Source: Corynebacterium glutamicum ATCC 13032
GTDB taxonomy: Bacteria; Actinomycetota; Actinomycetes; Mycobacteriales; Mycobacteriaceae
NCBI RefSeq assembly: GCF_000011325.1
Contig: NC_003450.3
Span: 2,010,001-2,042,000 of the forward strand
Reading direction: 5' to 3'
DNA: 32,000 nucleotides
Shown here: positions 24,401 through 31,727 of the stretch, piece after piece
Numbering within the stretch: the first letter of the stretch is position 1
How the letters are laid out: every line of letters begins with the position of its first letter
Notes under the pieces: generated by a model
What the model was told of the DNA's origin: nothing
Seen by the model: only the letters and a program-made list of their open reading frames with translations
Database searches by the model: none
Program-made: the position numbers and the translations under genes

Positions 24401-25386
24401 GCATTTCCTATGCAGCAGTAGATCGTCGTGGCAAGATCATCGACCGCGACCGTGACCTCGAAGCACTAAAGAAACGCCGCGCGAACCAAATCAGGGCATC
24501 TGTTTCTAGCGTTGCTAAGGCATCCGAACAAGATGAAACTACGCAGTGGACCACAGATACCTTGGGCACCATCGATGAAGAAATCGAGACCACTGTCGAT
24601 GGACAGTCCGTCACCGCGTACCCCGCCTTGGTTGTCACCCCGACTGGCGTATCCGTCAAGGTCATGCCCACCAAGGCTGCTGCTGATGCCTCGATGATCA
24701 CCGCAACATTGACACTGTTGATGCGTGAGATTGAAGTATCCACAAAGCAAATGGTCAAGGGACTACCCTTGCAACAACGAGTCGCAGTGGACAACTATCC
24801 CCACGGCGGTGCCGAAGGACTGGTTTCTGATGCCCGTATCGCCGCAATTCGCGATTTGATGTTTGAACACGGCGGAGCTGTGCGTTCACCGGAAGAGTTC
24901 GACGTTCTTCTAGCCAAGGTGAAGCCGGAAACACCAGGAGTTGTTCGTCGAACTGTCGTTGAGCTAGCCCCAGCATTGGTTCACTATGCATCCGTTGTGT
25001 CAGAGCTGGAGTCCTGGTCTGGACCTGCCATTGACGATATGACCGCCCAGTTGGATTTCCTCTTGCCAAAGCAGGCCATCAGCATTCACGGCATCAGTAG
25101 GTTGAGGCACCTTCCGAGGTATCTGCAGGCGTTGACGATTCGCCTAGAAGAGATGAACCAAAATCCGGATCGTGACGCCGACCGTCAAGATGAAGTGAAC
25201 TTCGTTGAAGAGCAGCTGGAGAAACAGCTCAGTAAGCTACCCGCTGCGCGAGCCAACACCAAGGAAGCCAAGGATATTGCCTGGCAGATTCAGGAACTAA
25301 GGATCAGCCTCTTTGCACAGCGGTTAGGCACTCCCCGACCTGTATCGGCGCAGAGAATCCAGAAGGCTATTGCCAAGCTTCGATAA
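21478..25386 (+). CDS. hrpA: ATP-dependent RNA helicase HrpA (DEAH-box), 1302 aa
   Basis: Helicase motifs readable: IIAGETGSGKTTQIPK, IIIDEAHERSLNIDF, TSATID, QRSGRCGR. The long C-terminal HrpA-type extension is present. Confidence 0.95.
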   Translation: MTTSETAPSKASLYELLEGVSLSDERTFRRRLSKARAPKALGAIKADIDKARLLIDEKSQLIPSITYPENLPVSSRRDDIAEAIRDNQVVIIAGETGSGKTTQIPKICLDLGRGRRGLIGHTQPRRLAARTVAERIADELGQDIGESVGYAIRFDDRVSSHTSVKLMTDGILLAEMQRDRFLNAYDTIIIDEAHERSLNIDFILGYLRQLLPKRPDLKVIITSATIDPERFAEHFADASGKPAPIIEVSGRTFPVEIRYRPLEVLDGDKIIDTDPLDGLCSALEELMAEGDGDILCFFAGERDIRDAMEAIEARRWKGVEVTPLFGRLSNQEQHRVFSPHSGRRIVLSTNIAETSLTVPGIHYVVDTGTARISRYSVRTKVQRLPIENISQASANQRSGRCGRVADGIAIRLYSEDDFNSRPEFTDPEILRTNLASVILRMASLRLGDINDFPFVQAPEQRSIRDGILLLHELGALTDDTQADGSPQLTQIGKDLANIPVDPRMARMLVEANTLGCLHSVMVIVSALTIQDVRERPLEFQAQADQAHARFKDTTSDFLGFLKLWEYIADQRNQSSGNSFRKQMKKEFLHYMRIREWWDLVRQLEQIGQQLGWAKKEQVAGTASPDIIHQSLLTGLLSQIGSRDGESKEFTGARGTKFLVFPGSALTKKPPQFIMAGQLVETSRLWARDVAKIEPEWVEKAAGPLLKHQYSEPYWSSKRGAAMVHRKSTLYGVTIVADKVVPYHTVDPVAARDMFIRHALIEGDWSTHHRFYHDNVAKLEAIGELEAKARRRDIVVDEDTLFDFYDAKLPSNATTTRNFDSWWKKTSRVTPDLLDFDPDSLINEDADGVNEEAFPDKWIKGSLIFDLSYHFEPGHRDDGVTVLIPIPVLGGLDTEGFDWLVPGLRLDLVTELIRTMPKALRRTVVPAPDFAERVLPLLRPYMTPLTTQLADALHTLGGQGINASDFDPAKLPDHLRISYAAVDRRGKIIDRDRDLEALKKRRANQIRASVSSVAKASEQDETTQWTTDTLGTIDEEIETTVDGQSVTAYPALVVTPTGVSVKVMPTKAAADASMITATLTLLMREIEVSTKQMVKGLPLQQRVAVDNYPHGGAEGLVSDARIAAIRDLMFEHGGAVRSPEEFDVLLAKVKPETPGVVRRTVVELAPALVHYASVVSELESWSGPAIDDMTAQLDFLLPKQAISIHGISRLRHLPRYLQALTIRLEEMNQNPDRDADRQDEVNFVEEQLEKQLSKLPAARANTKEAKDIAWQIQELRISLFAQRLGTPRPVSAQRIQKAIAKLR

Positions 25387-25401
25387 GCACTGCTTGAGAT
25401 G

Positions 25402-25436
25402 AGGGACTAGTTAAGACTTTGTGTCTGCTAGTCCCT
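25402..25436. terminator. Hairpin between convergent hrpA and nrdR
   Basis: agggactag (25402-25410) pairs with ctagtccct (25428-25436) across a 17-nt loop. The right arm contains the nrdR stop codon. There is no clear U-tract. Confidence 0.4.
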
Positions 25437-25880
25437 TCCGCGTCTGCGCATGAGGCGGATTTCTTTTTCAAAGTCGTCAGCACTGTCAAAAGACTTATAC
25501 ACAGAGGCAAAGCGTAGGTACGCTACCTCGTCGAGTTCTCTCAGTGGATCGAGAATGGCTAAACCAATATCGTTAGCGCGTACTTGAGAGCTTCCGTTGC
25601 TGCGGACTGTTTCTTCCACTTGCTGAGCTAGGCGTTTCAACGCGTCATCTGATACGTCGCGGCCTTGGCATGCACGACGGACACCGGTGACTACTTTTTC
25701 TCGACTGAACGGTTCAGTGACGCCGTTTCTTTTAACAACGAGGAGAACAGCTTTTTCGATGGTGGTGAAACGGCCTTCGCATTTGCTGCACTCGCGGCGC
25801 CTGCGAATGGCGCTTCCGGCGTCAATGACGCGGGAGTCAATGACTTTTGAATGATCATGTTGGCAAAATGGGCAGTACAC
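25428..25880 (-). CDS. nrdR: Transcriptional repressor of ribonucleotide reductase genes
   Basis: [17 protein letters not shown]...[13 protein letters not shown] is the zinc ribbon, followed by an ATP-cone. It is 150 aa. GTG start at 25880 is preceded by GGAGAGGA. Confidence 0.95.
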   Translation of the reverse strand: MYCPFCQHDHSKVIDSRVIDAGSAIRRRRECSKCEGRFTTIEKAVLLVVKRNGVTEPFSREKVVTGVRRACQGRDVSDDALKRLAQQVEETVRSNGSSQVRANDIGLAILDPLRELDEVAYLRFASVYKSFDSADDFEKEIRLMRRRGRD

Positions 25881-25986
25881 TAACGGATCCTCTCCCCCTC
25901 ACTTACTTCGACTTCAAGCATTCGCCTAAAAATAAGTGAATCGGCTGTTGTGCCTTTAGTTTATGCCAGCATTGATCTATTCCCGA

Positions 25987-26409
25987 TTAGCGCCCGAGAC
26001 TGACACCCACCATCTGGGTTTCGTAGTAGTTCTGGCTCACTTCTTCTTCCCCTGATTGGGAGAGCAAAATTCCGGCGAAAATAACCAGCCCAAACAGTCC
26101 TCCGCCCGCCCATTGTTTGAGGGATTCTTTAATCGAACGCGCGTCACTATTGCCACCTGTGGTGTTTTCTGGGTCTTGTTCACGCACCTGTTGCTGTGAT
26201 GTTCGATAATTTCTTTCACCGTGTGGAAGAATGCGAAGACTTGATGGCTGATGAAAACGATCTCCATTCGAACAGTCAATCGTTCGAACATGCCTCTTAT
26301 TAGCTGATTTAAGACCGGCGCCTTCCCCCATCCAGACAGCAGCGGAAGGTACGACCACACCTTGACGCAGCTTACGTGAATCTAGCTCTTTACCCGCATA
26401 AACAGTCAT
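25987..26409 (-). CDS. divS: SOS-inducible cell-division suppressor-like protein with a C-terminal TM segment, 140 aa
   Basis: Its position, divergent from lexA and upstream of nrdR, matches my recollection of C. glutamicum divS. In M. tuberculosis the corresponding slot holds the SOS-induced chiZ. There is a single TM segment, GGGLFGLVIFAGILL, near the C-terminus. SD GGCGGGAG lies before the ATG at 26409. Confidence 0.65.
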   Translation of the reverse strand: MTVYAGKELDSRKLRQGVVVPSAAVWMGEGAGLKSANKRHVRTIDCSNGDRFHQPSSLRILPHGERNYRTSQQQVREQDPENTTGGNSDARSIKESLKQWAGGGLFGLVIFAGILLSQSGEEEVSQNYYETQMVGVSLGR

Positions 26410-26478
26410 TTCAAAACTCCCGCCTCAATTGTTTGCCCACATCTTAACTTTTAGCCACGACACGTTCGAACACCAATA

Positions 26479-26494
26479 CCGTTCACATGTTCGA
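26479..26494 (-). promoter_or_regulatory. Candidate LexA (SOS) box, TCGAACATGTGAACGG on the divS strand
   Basis: 11 of 14 defined positions match the corynebacterial/mycobacterial SOS consensus TCGAA(A/C)ANNTGTTCGA. One half-site is perfect. It lies 70-85 nt upstream of divS. Confidence 0.4.
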
Positions 26495-26558
26495 CTAAGT
26501 TTCTATGTTCGATTTATAGCACCCCGTTCGAACGTTGTCTAGAGAAGATTTAAAAATC

Positions 26559-26574
26559 TCGAACACTCGTACCA
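26559..26574 (+). promoter_or_regulatory. Candidate LexA (SOS) box, TCGAACACTCGTACCA
   Basis: 11 of 14 defined consensus positions match. It is the only site in the region with GAAC-N4-GTaC spacing. Confidence 0.4.
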
Positions 26575-26612
26575 TTTCCGCAGGAAAACCTGTATGGTTG
26601 GAAACTAGAAAT

Positions 26613-26628
26613 ACTGACAGAGGTTCGA
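26613..26628 (+). promoter_or_regulatory. Candidate LexA (SOS) box, ACTGACAGAGGTTCGA
   Basis: The right half GTTCGA is perfect and the left half is degenerate (10 of 14). It lies ~120 nt upstream of the lexA start. Confidence 0.3.
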
Positions 26629-26748
26629 ATAGCTCAGCATTCAGCTTCAGAAGTTCACACTGGATGAACCCTCATCAAGAGTGAACATGGAAGCGAACAG
26701 AGTTTTTAGTGCTTTAACGGGCAAACAATGAGAGGAAGGGAACGGAAG

Positions 26749-27510
26749 ATGGCAATCGAAAAGAAGCCAGCAGGTGCACGAGGCAGTCGCGGTAGCCGCA
26801 CAGTTAAGACCTTGCCCAACGGAAAACCAGATCCAGCAAGTTTGTCAGATAGGCAGCGCAGGATTTTAGAGGTTATCCGAGATGCTGTGGTTTTGAGGGG
26901 TTATCCACCAAGCATTAGGGAAATTGGTGATGCTGCAGGACTTCAATCCACTTCTTCCGTTGCTTACCAGCTTAAAGAGCTAGAGAAGAAGGGCTTCCTG
27001 CGCAGGGACCCTAATAAGCCTCGCGCGGTGGATGTTCGCCACCTTCCAGAAACTGAAAGCCGTTCCTCCAAGGCTGCTACACAGGCAAAGAGCAAGGCCC
27101 CTCAGGCCGGGGTCCATGATCCTGAGTTAGCTGGCCAGACCTCATTTGTCCCAGTGGTGGGCAAAATTGCCGCTGGTAGCCCGATCACCGCTGAGCAGAA
27201 CATCGAAGAGTACTACCCACTCCCCGCAGAAATCGTCGGAGACGGTGACTTGTTCATGCTCCAGGTTGTTGGCGAGTCCATGAGGGATGCTGGCATCCTC
27301 ACCGGCGACTGGGTTGTTGTTCGTTCCCAGCCGGTCGCTGAGCAGGGCGAGTTCGTCGCGGCAATGATTGACGGTGAAGCCACCGTGAAGGAATTCCACA
27401 AGGATTCATCTGGCATCTGGCTCCTGCCACACAACGATACGTTTGCCCCAATTCCTGCTGAGAATGCAGAAATCATGGGCAAGGTTGTTTCCGTGATGCG
27501 CAAGCTTTAA
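26749..27510 (+). CDS. lexA: SOS-response repressor LexA
   Basis: The winged HTH is [34 protein letters not shown]. The cleavage-site context is GKIAAGSP. The catalytic Ser is in [11 protein letters not shown] and the catalytic Lys in ATVKEF. ATG 26749 is preferred (GAGGAAGGG at 26732-26740); ATG 26728 (track) is the alternative. Confidence 0.93.
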   Translation: MAIEKKPAGARGSRGSRTVKTLPNGKPDPASLSDRQRRILEVIRDAVVLRGYPPSIREIGDAAGLQSTSSVAYQLKELEKKGFLRRDPNKPRAVDVRHLPETESRSSKAATQAKSKAPQAGVHDPELAGQTSFVPVVGKIAAGSPITAEQNIEEYYPLPAEIVGDGDLFMLQVVGESMRDAGILTGDWVVVRSQPVAEQGEFVAAMIDGEATVKEFHKDSSGIWLLPHNDTFAPIPAENAEIMGKVVSVMRKL

Positions 27511-27525
27511 GTCGCTTTTCAGGTT

Positions 27526-27570
27526 CCCGCCACAGTATGTGTTCTCACATATCGTGGCGGGTTTTGCTTT
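27526..27570 (+). terminator. Rho-independent terminator of lexA
   Basis: cccgccacagtatgtg (27526-27541) pairs with cacatatcgtggcggg (27546-27561): a 16-bp stem with two internal mismatches and a 4-nt loop, followed by TTTTGCTTT. Confidence 0.85.
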
Positions 27571-27814
27571 ATATAGCCACATTCGGGGGTAATCGGGCAA
27601 ATAAGTTTTTGCTGATCTAGAAAGTGAGTTTACCTGTGGGTTTTCGAAAATTCTGGGCCGGACAATAGAAAAACGCTGCCCGGTTTTTTTGATTGACTCC
27701 CGATTTCACCCCTCCGCCGGCAACCAAATGAGGCTTTTGGGCGTTGGACAGTGAGACAATGGGTAAGAAATTCGGACATATTTAGTAAATTGGCTTTTTG
27801 CTTTAAGGAGTGAC

Positions 27815-28594
27815 ATGTACGCAGAGGAGCGCCGTCGACAGATTGCCTCATTAACGGCAGTTGAGGGACGTGTAAATGTCACAGAATTAGCGGGCCGATT
27901 CGATGTCACTGCAGAGACGATTCGACGAGACCTTGCGGTGCTAGACCGCGAGGGAATTGTTCACCGCGTTCACGGTGGCGCAGTAGCCACCCAATCTTTC
28001 CAAACCACAGAGTTGAGCTTGGATACTCGTTTCAGGTCTGCATCGTCAGCAAAGTACTCCATTGCCAAGGCAGCGATGCAGTTCCTGCCCGCTGAGCATG
28101 GCGGACTGTTCCTCGATGCGGGAACTACTGTTACTGCTTTGGCCGATCTCATTTCTGAGCATCCTAGCTCCAAGCAGTGGTCGATCGTGACCAACTGCCT
28201 CCCCATCGCACTTAATCTGGCCAACGCCGGGCTTGATGATGTCCAGCTGCTTGGAGGAAGCGTTCGCGCGATCACCCAGGCTGTTGTGGGTGACACTGCG
28301 CTTCGTACTCTCGCGCTGATGCGTGCGGATGTAGTGTTCATCGGCACCAACGCGTTGACGTTGGATCACGGATTGTCTACGGCCGATTCCCAAGAGGCTG
28401 CCATGAAATCTGCGATGATCACCAACGCCCACAAGGTGGTGGTGTTGTGTGACTCCACCAAGATGGGCACCGACTACCTCGTGAGCTTTGGCGCAATCAG
28501 CGATATCGATGTGGTGGTCACCGATGCGGGTGCACCAGCAAGTTTCGTTGAGCAGTTGCGAGAACGCGATGTAGAAGTTGTGATTGCAGAATGA
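27815..28594 (+). CDS. sugR: DeoR-family transcriptional repressor of PTS/sugar-metabolism genes
   Basis: MYAEERRRQIASLTAVEGRVNVTELAGRFDVTAETIRRDLAVLDREGIVHRVHGGAV is a DeoR HTH, followed by a DeoR C-terminal sugar-phosphate sensor domain. It is 259 aa. SD AAGGAG lies before the ATG. Its position next to ptsI matches C. glutamicum sugR as I recall it. Confidence 0.85.
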   Translation: MYAEERRRQIASLTAVEGRVNVTELAGRFDVTAETIRRDLAVLDREGIVHRVHGGAVATQSFQTTELSLDTRFRSASSAKYSIAKAAMQFLPAEHGGLFLDAGTTVTALADLISEHPSSKQWSIVTNCLPIALNLANAGLDDVQLLGGSVRAITQAVVGDTALRTLALMRADVVFIGTNALTLDHGLSTADSQEAAMKSAMITNAHKVVVLCDSTKMGTDYLVSFGAISDIDVVVTDAGAPASFVEQLRERDVEVVIAE

Positions 28595-29553
28595 TTCTTA
28601 CAGTCACTGCAAGTCCGTATCTGTTGAGCACCAATGAGCTTGACGGCACCATCGAAATTGGCGAAGCAAACAAAATCCGGCAGGTTTCCACTGTTGCCGG
28701 TGGTTTTGGCACCGGTGTGGCTGCCACCTTGTTTTATGGCGGCAATGAAACTTTTGCAGTTTTTCCCGCTCCAGAAATCTCTCATTACATGCGCCTGGTG
28801 ACGTTTGCTGGGTTGCCTCATGAAATTATTCCGGTGGCAGGTCCCATCCCCATGCATTTGACCATGCGTGATGCAGAGGGCAATGAGACTAAGTTCAAAG
28901 ACTCCCCCATGCCTTTGGATGTGTCCCAGTTGGCAATTCTTCGTGATCTAGTGGTGCGTCGAGCCGAAGATGCCGCGTGGGTGTTGTTGGGTGGCAATTT
29001 GCCGTCTATCGCGCCTGCTGCGTGGTTTGTGGATGTGGTGAGATCACTTCGCTTGTACCACCCTCATGTGAAGGTAGCTATCGCAGCAACTGGTGCTGCG
29101 TTGCGTGCGGTTATTCGACAGCTTGCAGCTACGTCCCCGGATGCGCTGATTGTGGCTGCGGAAGAAATCGAAATTGCCACTGGATTAGAACCCAAAACCT
29201 TGAGAGGTCCATGGGTAGAGGGAGATCTCTCCCCGACTGTGGCGGCAGCGCGCGCTTTAATTGATAGCGGTGTCACCGAGGTGTTGGTTACCAACAAGCG
29301 GACGGAATCTTTGTATGTTTCCGAGTCTGAATCACTGTTAGCCAGCTACGACAGCACCCCTGGTAAGCAGGGCGTGAATTGGCGGGAATCTTTTACTGCA
29401 GGATTCTTGGCAGCATCCAATGATGGAAAATCCACTGAGGACAGCGTGATCAACGCGGTTGCTTACGCCAACGCTGAAGGCAGTGAGTGGGACAACTACA
29501 TTCCCACACCCGATAAGCTTCGGGCGGAGCACGTGGTCATCAAATCGCTTTAG
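28591..29553 (+). CDS. PfkB-family (1-phosphofructokinase-like) protein with degenerate kinase motifs, 320 aa
   Basis: The overall layout is alignable by eye to FruK: ILTVTASPYLL..., LLGGNLPS, TAGFLAA. The start ATG overlaps the sugR stop (ATGA at 28591-28594). Signature 1 reads AGGFGTGVA instead of GKGxNVA. Signature 2 reads GVNWRESFTAGF instead of TVGAGDSMVGG. Confidence 0.8.
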   Translation: MILTVTASPYLLSTNELDGTIEIGEANKIRQVSTVAGGFGTGVAATLFYGGNETFAVFPAPEISHYMRLVTFAGLPHEIIPVAGPIPMHLTMRDAEGNETKFKDSPMPLDVSQLAILRDLVVRRAEDAAWVLLGGNLPSIAPAAWFVDVVRSLRLYHPHVKVAIAATGAALRAVIRQLAATSPDALIVAAEEIEIATGLEPKTLRGPWVEGDLSPTVAAARALIDSGVTEVLVTNKRTESLYVSESESLLASYDSTPGKQGVNWRESFTAGFLAASNDGKSTEDSVINAVAYANAEGSEWDNYIPTPDKLRAEHVVIKSL

Positions 29554-29560
29554 ACCACGC

Positions 29561-29600
29561 AAAAAGCCTCAAATTCCCACACAGGAATTTGAGGCTTTTT
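29561..29600. terminator. Bidirectional rho-independent terminator between the pfkB-like gene and convergent ptsI
   Basis: aaaaagcctcaaattcc (29561-29577) pairs perfectly with ggaatttgaggcttttt (29584-29600). The A-run and T-run give U-tracts in both directions. Confidence 0.9.
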
Positions 29601-29614
29601 AGCTCAACAGTGGT

Positions 29615-31321
29615 TTAGACTGCTGCGTCGATCACTGCGCGTACAGCATCGCGTGCTTCAGTTGCACCTTCAGCGTCAAGTGCTGCTTCTGCTGCCTTCT
29701 TACAGGTTTCCAGGGTGACCTCTGACAGCTTTGCACCGACTGCTGCGAGAGCAGTGGATGCTGCGGACAGGGAGTTCACGCCAAGACCGGTGAGGACAGT
29801 TGCCAACAGTGGGTCTGCTGCTGCTTCACCACAAACACCGACCGGGGTGTTAAAGCGAGCACCTTCGTCACAGGTGTGCTTGATCAGGCGCAGGACTGCT
29901 GGCTGCCAAGGATCGGTCAGGTAGGCAAGCTCAGGAGACATGCGGTCCGCTGCCATGGTGTACTGGGTCAGGTCGTTGGTACCGATGGAAACAAAGTCCA
30001 GGTGAGGCATGATCTTGTCTGCCATCAGGGATGCTGCTGGAACTTCGATCATGGCGCCGGCGATTAGGCCACGCTCACGGCACATGTCAGCAAACCACTT
30101 TGCTTCATAAGCGGTAGCCACCATTGGAGCCATAACCCAGGTTGGGGCGTCGTCGCCACGGCCGAGTTCTTCGCTGGCCTTCGCAATTGCGTCGAGCTGG
30201 CGAGTCAGCAGATCAACCTGTCCACGTGCGATACGCAGGCCACGAACACCCAGTGCTGGGTTCATCTCATCAGCCATCGATGCGAATGGAACTGGCTTGT
30301 CAGAACCTGCGTCGAGGGAGCGGACAACGACCTTGGACTCTGGGAATGCTTCAAGCACCTTTGAGTAGACCGCAGCCTGCTCATCAACGCTTGGCTCTTC
30401 GGTGGCGGAAAGGAAGCACAGTTCGGTGCGGAACAGGCCGATGCCTTCTGCTTCGGTCTGTGCAGCCTGCTGTGCAGAGTTGCCGTCTTGGACGTTGGCC
30501 AACAGCTGAACGCGGTAGCCGTCCTTGGTTTGTGCAGGACCCTTCCACTCGGCGATGCGAGCAGCGCGCTCGAGGGACTCGGAGACGAGCTTGGTTGCTT
30601 CAGCTTCGTCCGCGTTGCGGTCAATGGTGCCGAGGCTGCCGTCGATAAGCACCTTTTCGCCGGACTTGATGTCCTTGATGCCGGCGCCGGATGCGACGAT
30701 GCAAGGCACGTTGAGCTGGCGTGCGATGATCGCGGTGTGGCTCGTTGGGCCACCCAGCTCAGTGACAAGTCCCACAAAGAGATCTGTGTCTAGTGCCGCG
30801 GTGTCTGCTGGGGAGAGGTCATCTGCAAAGAGAATGACCTGTCCGGAAACAGCTGGCAGACCTGGCTCTTCATCGCCACGAAGTTCTGCGATGACGCGGT
30901 CGCGGATGTCGCGCAAGTCTGTGGTGCGCTCCGCGATCAGGCCGCCTGCGGCTTCGAACATGGAGATGAACTTGGTTGTTGCTGCAACCACGGCGTATTC
31001 CGCAGGGTGACCACCCTTGACACCCTTGATGACAGCCTTACGCCAGCCACGGTCATTGACCATGCCAGCAGTAGCTTTAAGCACCTCAGCTGCTGGTCCT
31101 TCAGCAGCTTCGGAGCGCTCAAGCAAACGAGAAGAGACTGTGGCTGCAGCGGCGTCGAAACGCTCCTGCTCTGCTTCACGGTTTTCTTCGGCGACGACTT
31201 CGCCTGCTTGGGGTAGTTCGGGGCGTGGGGTAATCCACACCGCGCTTGCATAACGGACTCCACCGACAACGCCGGTGCCCTTCAGTACAGTGTCTTGATT
31301 CACATCAGCCACAGTAGCCAC
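29615..31321 (-). CDS. ptsI: Phosphoenolpyruvate-protein phosphotransferase (PTS enzyme I)
   Basis: The active-site His context is GGPTSHTAIIARQLNVP. The PEP-utilising C-terminal motifs are GTNDLTQY and GVCGEAAADP. It is 568 aa. GTG start at 31321 is preceded by GAGGATGG. Confidence 0.95.
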   Translation of the reverse strand: MATVADVNQDTVLKGTGVVGGVRYASAVWITPRPELPQAGEVVAEENREAEQERFDAAAATVSSRLLERSEAAEGPAAEVLKATAGMVNDRGWRKAVIKGVKGGHPAEYAVVAATTKFISMFEAAGGLIAERTTDLRDIRDRVIAELRGDEEPGLPAVSGQVILFADDLSPADTAALDTDLFVGLVTELGGPTSHTAIIARQLNVPCIVASGAGIKDIKSGEKVLIDGSLGTIDRNADEAEATKLVSESLERAARIAEWKGPAQTKDGYRVQLLANVQDGNSAQQAAQTEAEGIGLFRTELCFLSATEEPSVDEQAAVYSKVLEAFPESKVVVRSLDAGSDKPVPFASMADEMNPALGVRGLRIARGQVDLLTRQLDAIAKASEELGRGDDAPTWVMAPMVATAYEAKWFADMCRERGLIAGAMIEVPAASLMADKIMPHLDFVSIGTNDLTQYTMAADRMSPELAYLTDPWQPAVLRLIKHTCDEGARFNTPVGVCGEAAADPLLATVLTGLGVNSLSAASTALAAVGAKLSEVTLETCKKAAEAALDAEGATEARDAVRAVIDAAV

Positions 31322-31387
31322 CCATCCTCACAATCATTGAGTTAATTTCCTCAAGATCACCACAAAACCAACAGTTGTGCAACTATT

Positions 31388-31437
31388 CAAACATTTGGAT
31401 ATTGACAAACAAACACATATCAACATAGCGTGTTGTT
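31388..31437. promoter_or_regulatory. Cluster of C(A)nCA / TGTTG motifs in the ptsI-fruR divergent promoter region (candidate SugR/FruR operator)
   Basis: tCAAACAtttggatattgaCAAACAAACACAtatCAACAtagcgTGTTGTTaag. It includes the inverted repeat CAACA-N5-TGTTG (31421-31435). It resembles the TG(T)2-5G-type SugR motif as I recall it from the literature. Confidence 0.3.
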
Positions 31438-31727
31438 AAGCGATCACCATATTTCATACGTTGAGACCATCGTCACAAGTTGATATTCCACCAGCTTATC
31501 AATGCATTTGAAGGAGATTTAACACCTTCTCCATCATAGTGACTGAGGCCACATCATGTGTTTTCCGCTCGATTTATTTTAGATTTTCCGCTTTAACCAG
31601 CACTTTTAATAACTTCATACGGTTCTTCCACAATCGGAACCAAAACAACACTGGTCAAAAACCAGTTTCCCGCTTGAACAAAATTTCTTCCACGTCAACA
31701 CCAACTCCAACATCAGCGAGGTTAAGC

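Noticed and set aside
27653-27690. ctgggc...gcccgg hairpin followed by T7 between lexA and sugR as a second terminator or attenuator
   Set aside because: The stem is only 6 bp (one G-U pair) with a 19-nt loop. The T-run alone is not sufficient, so it is kept only as a weak possibility.
29715-31269. Multiple ORFs on both strands within ptsI (for example 30142..30648, 30262..30777, 30525..31010, 30937..31269)
   Set aside because: All overlap the well-supported ptsI frame, show Arg/Ser/Ala-rich shadow composition and lack motifs.
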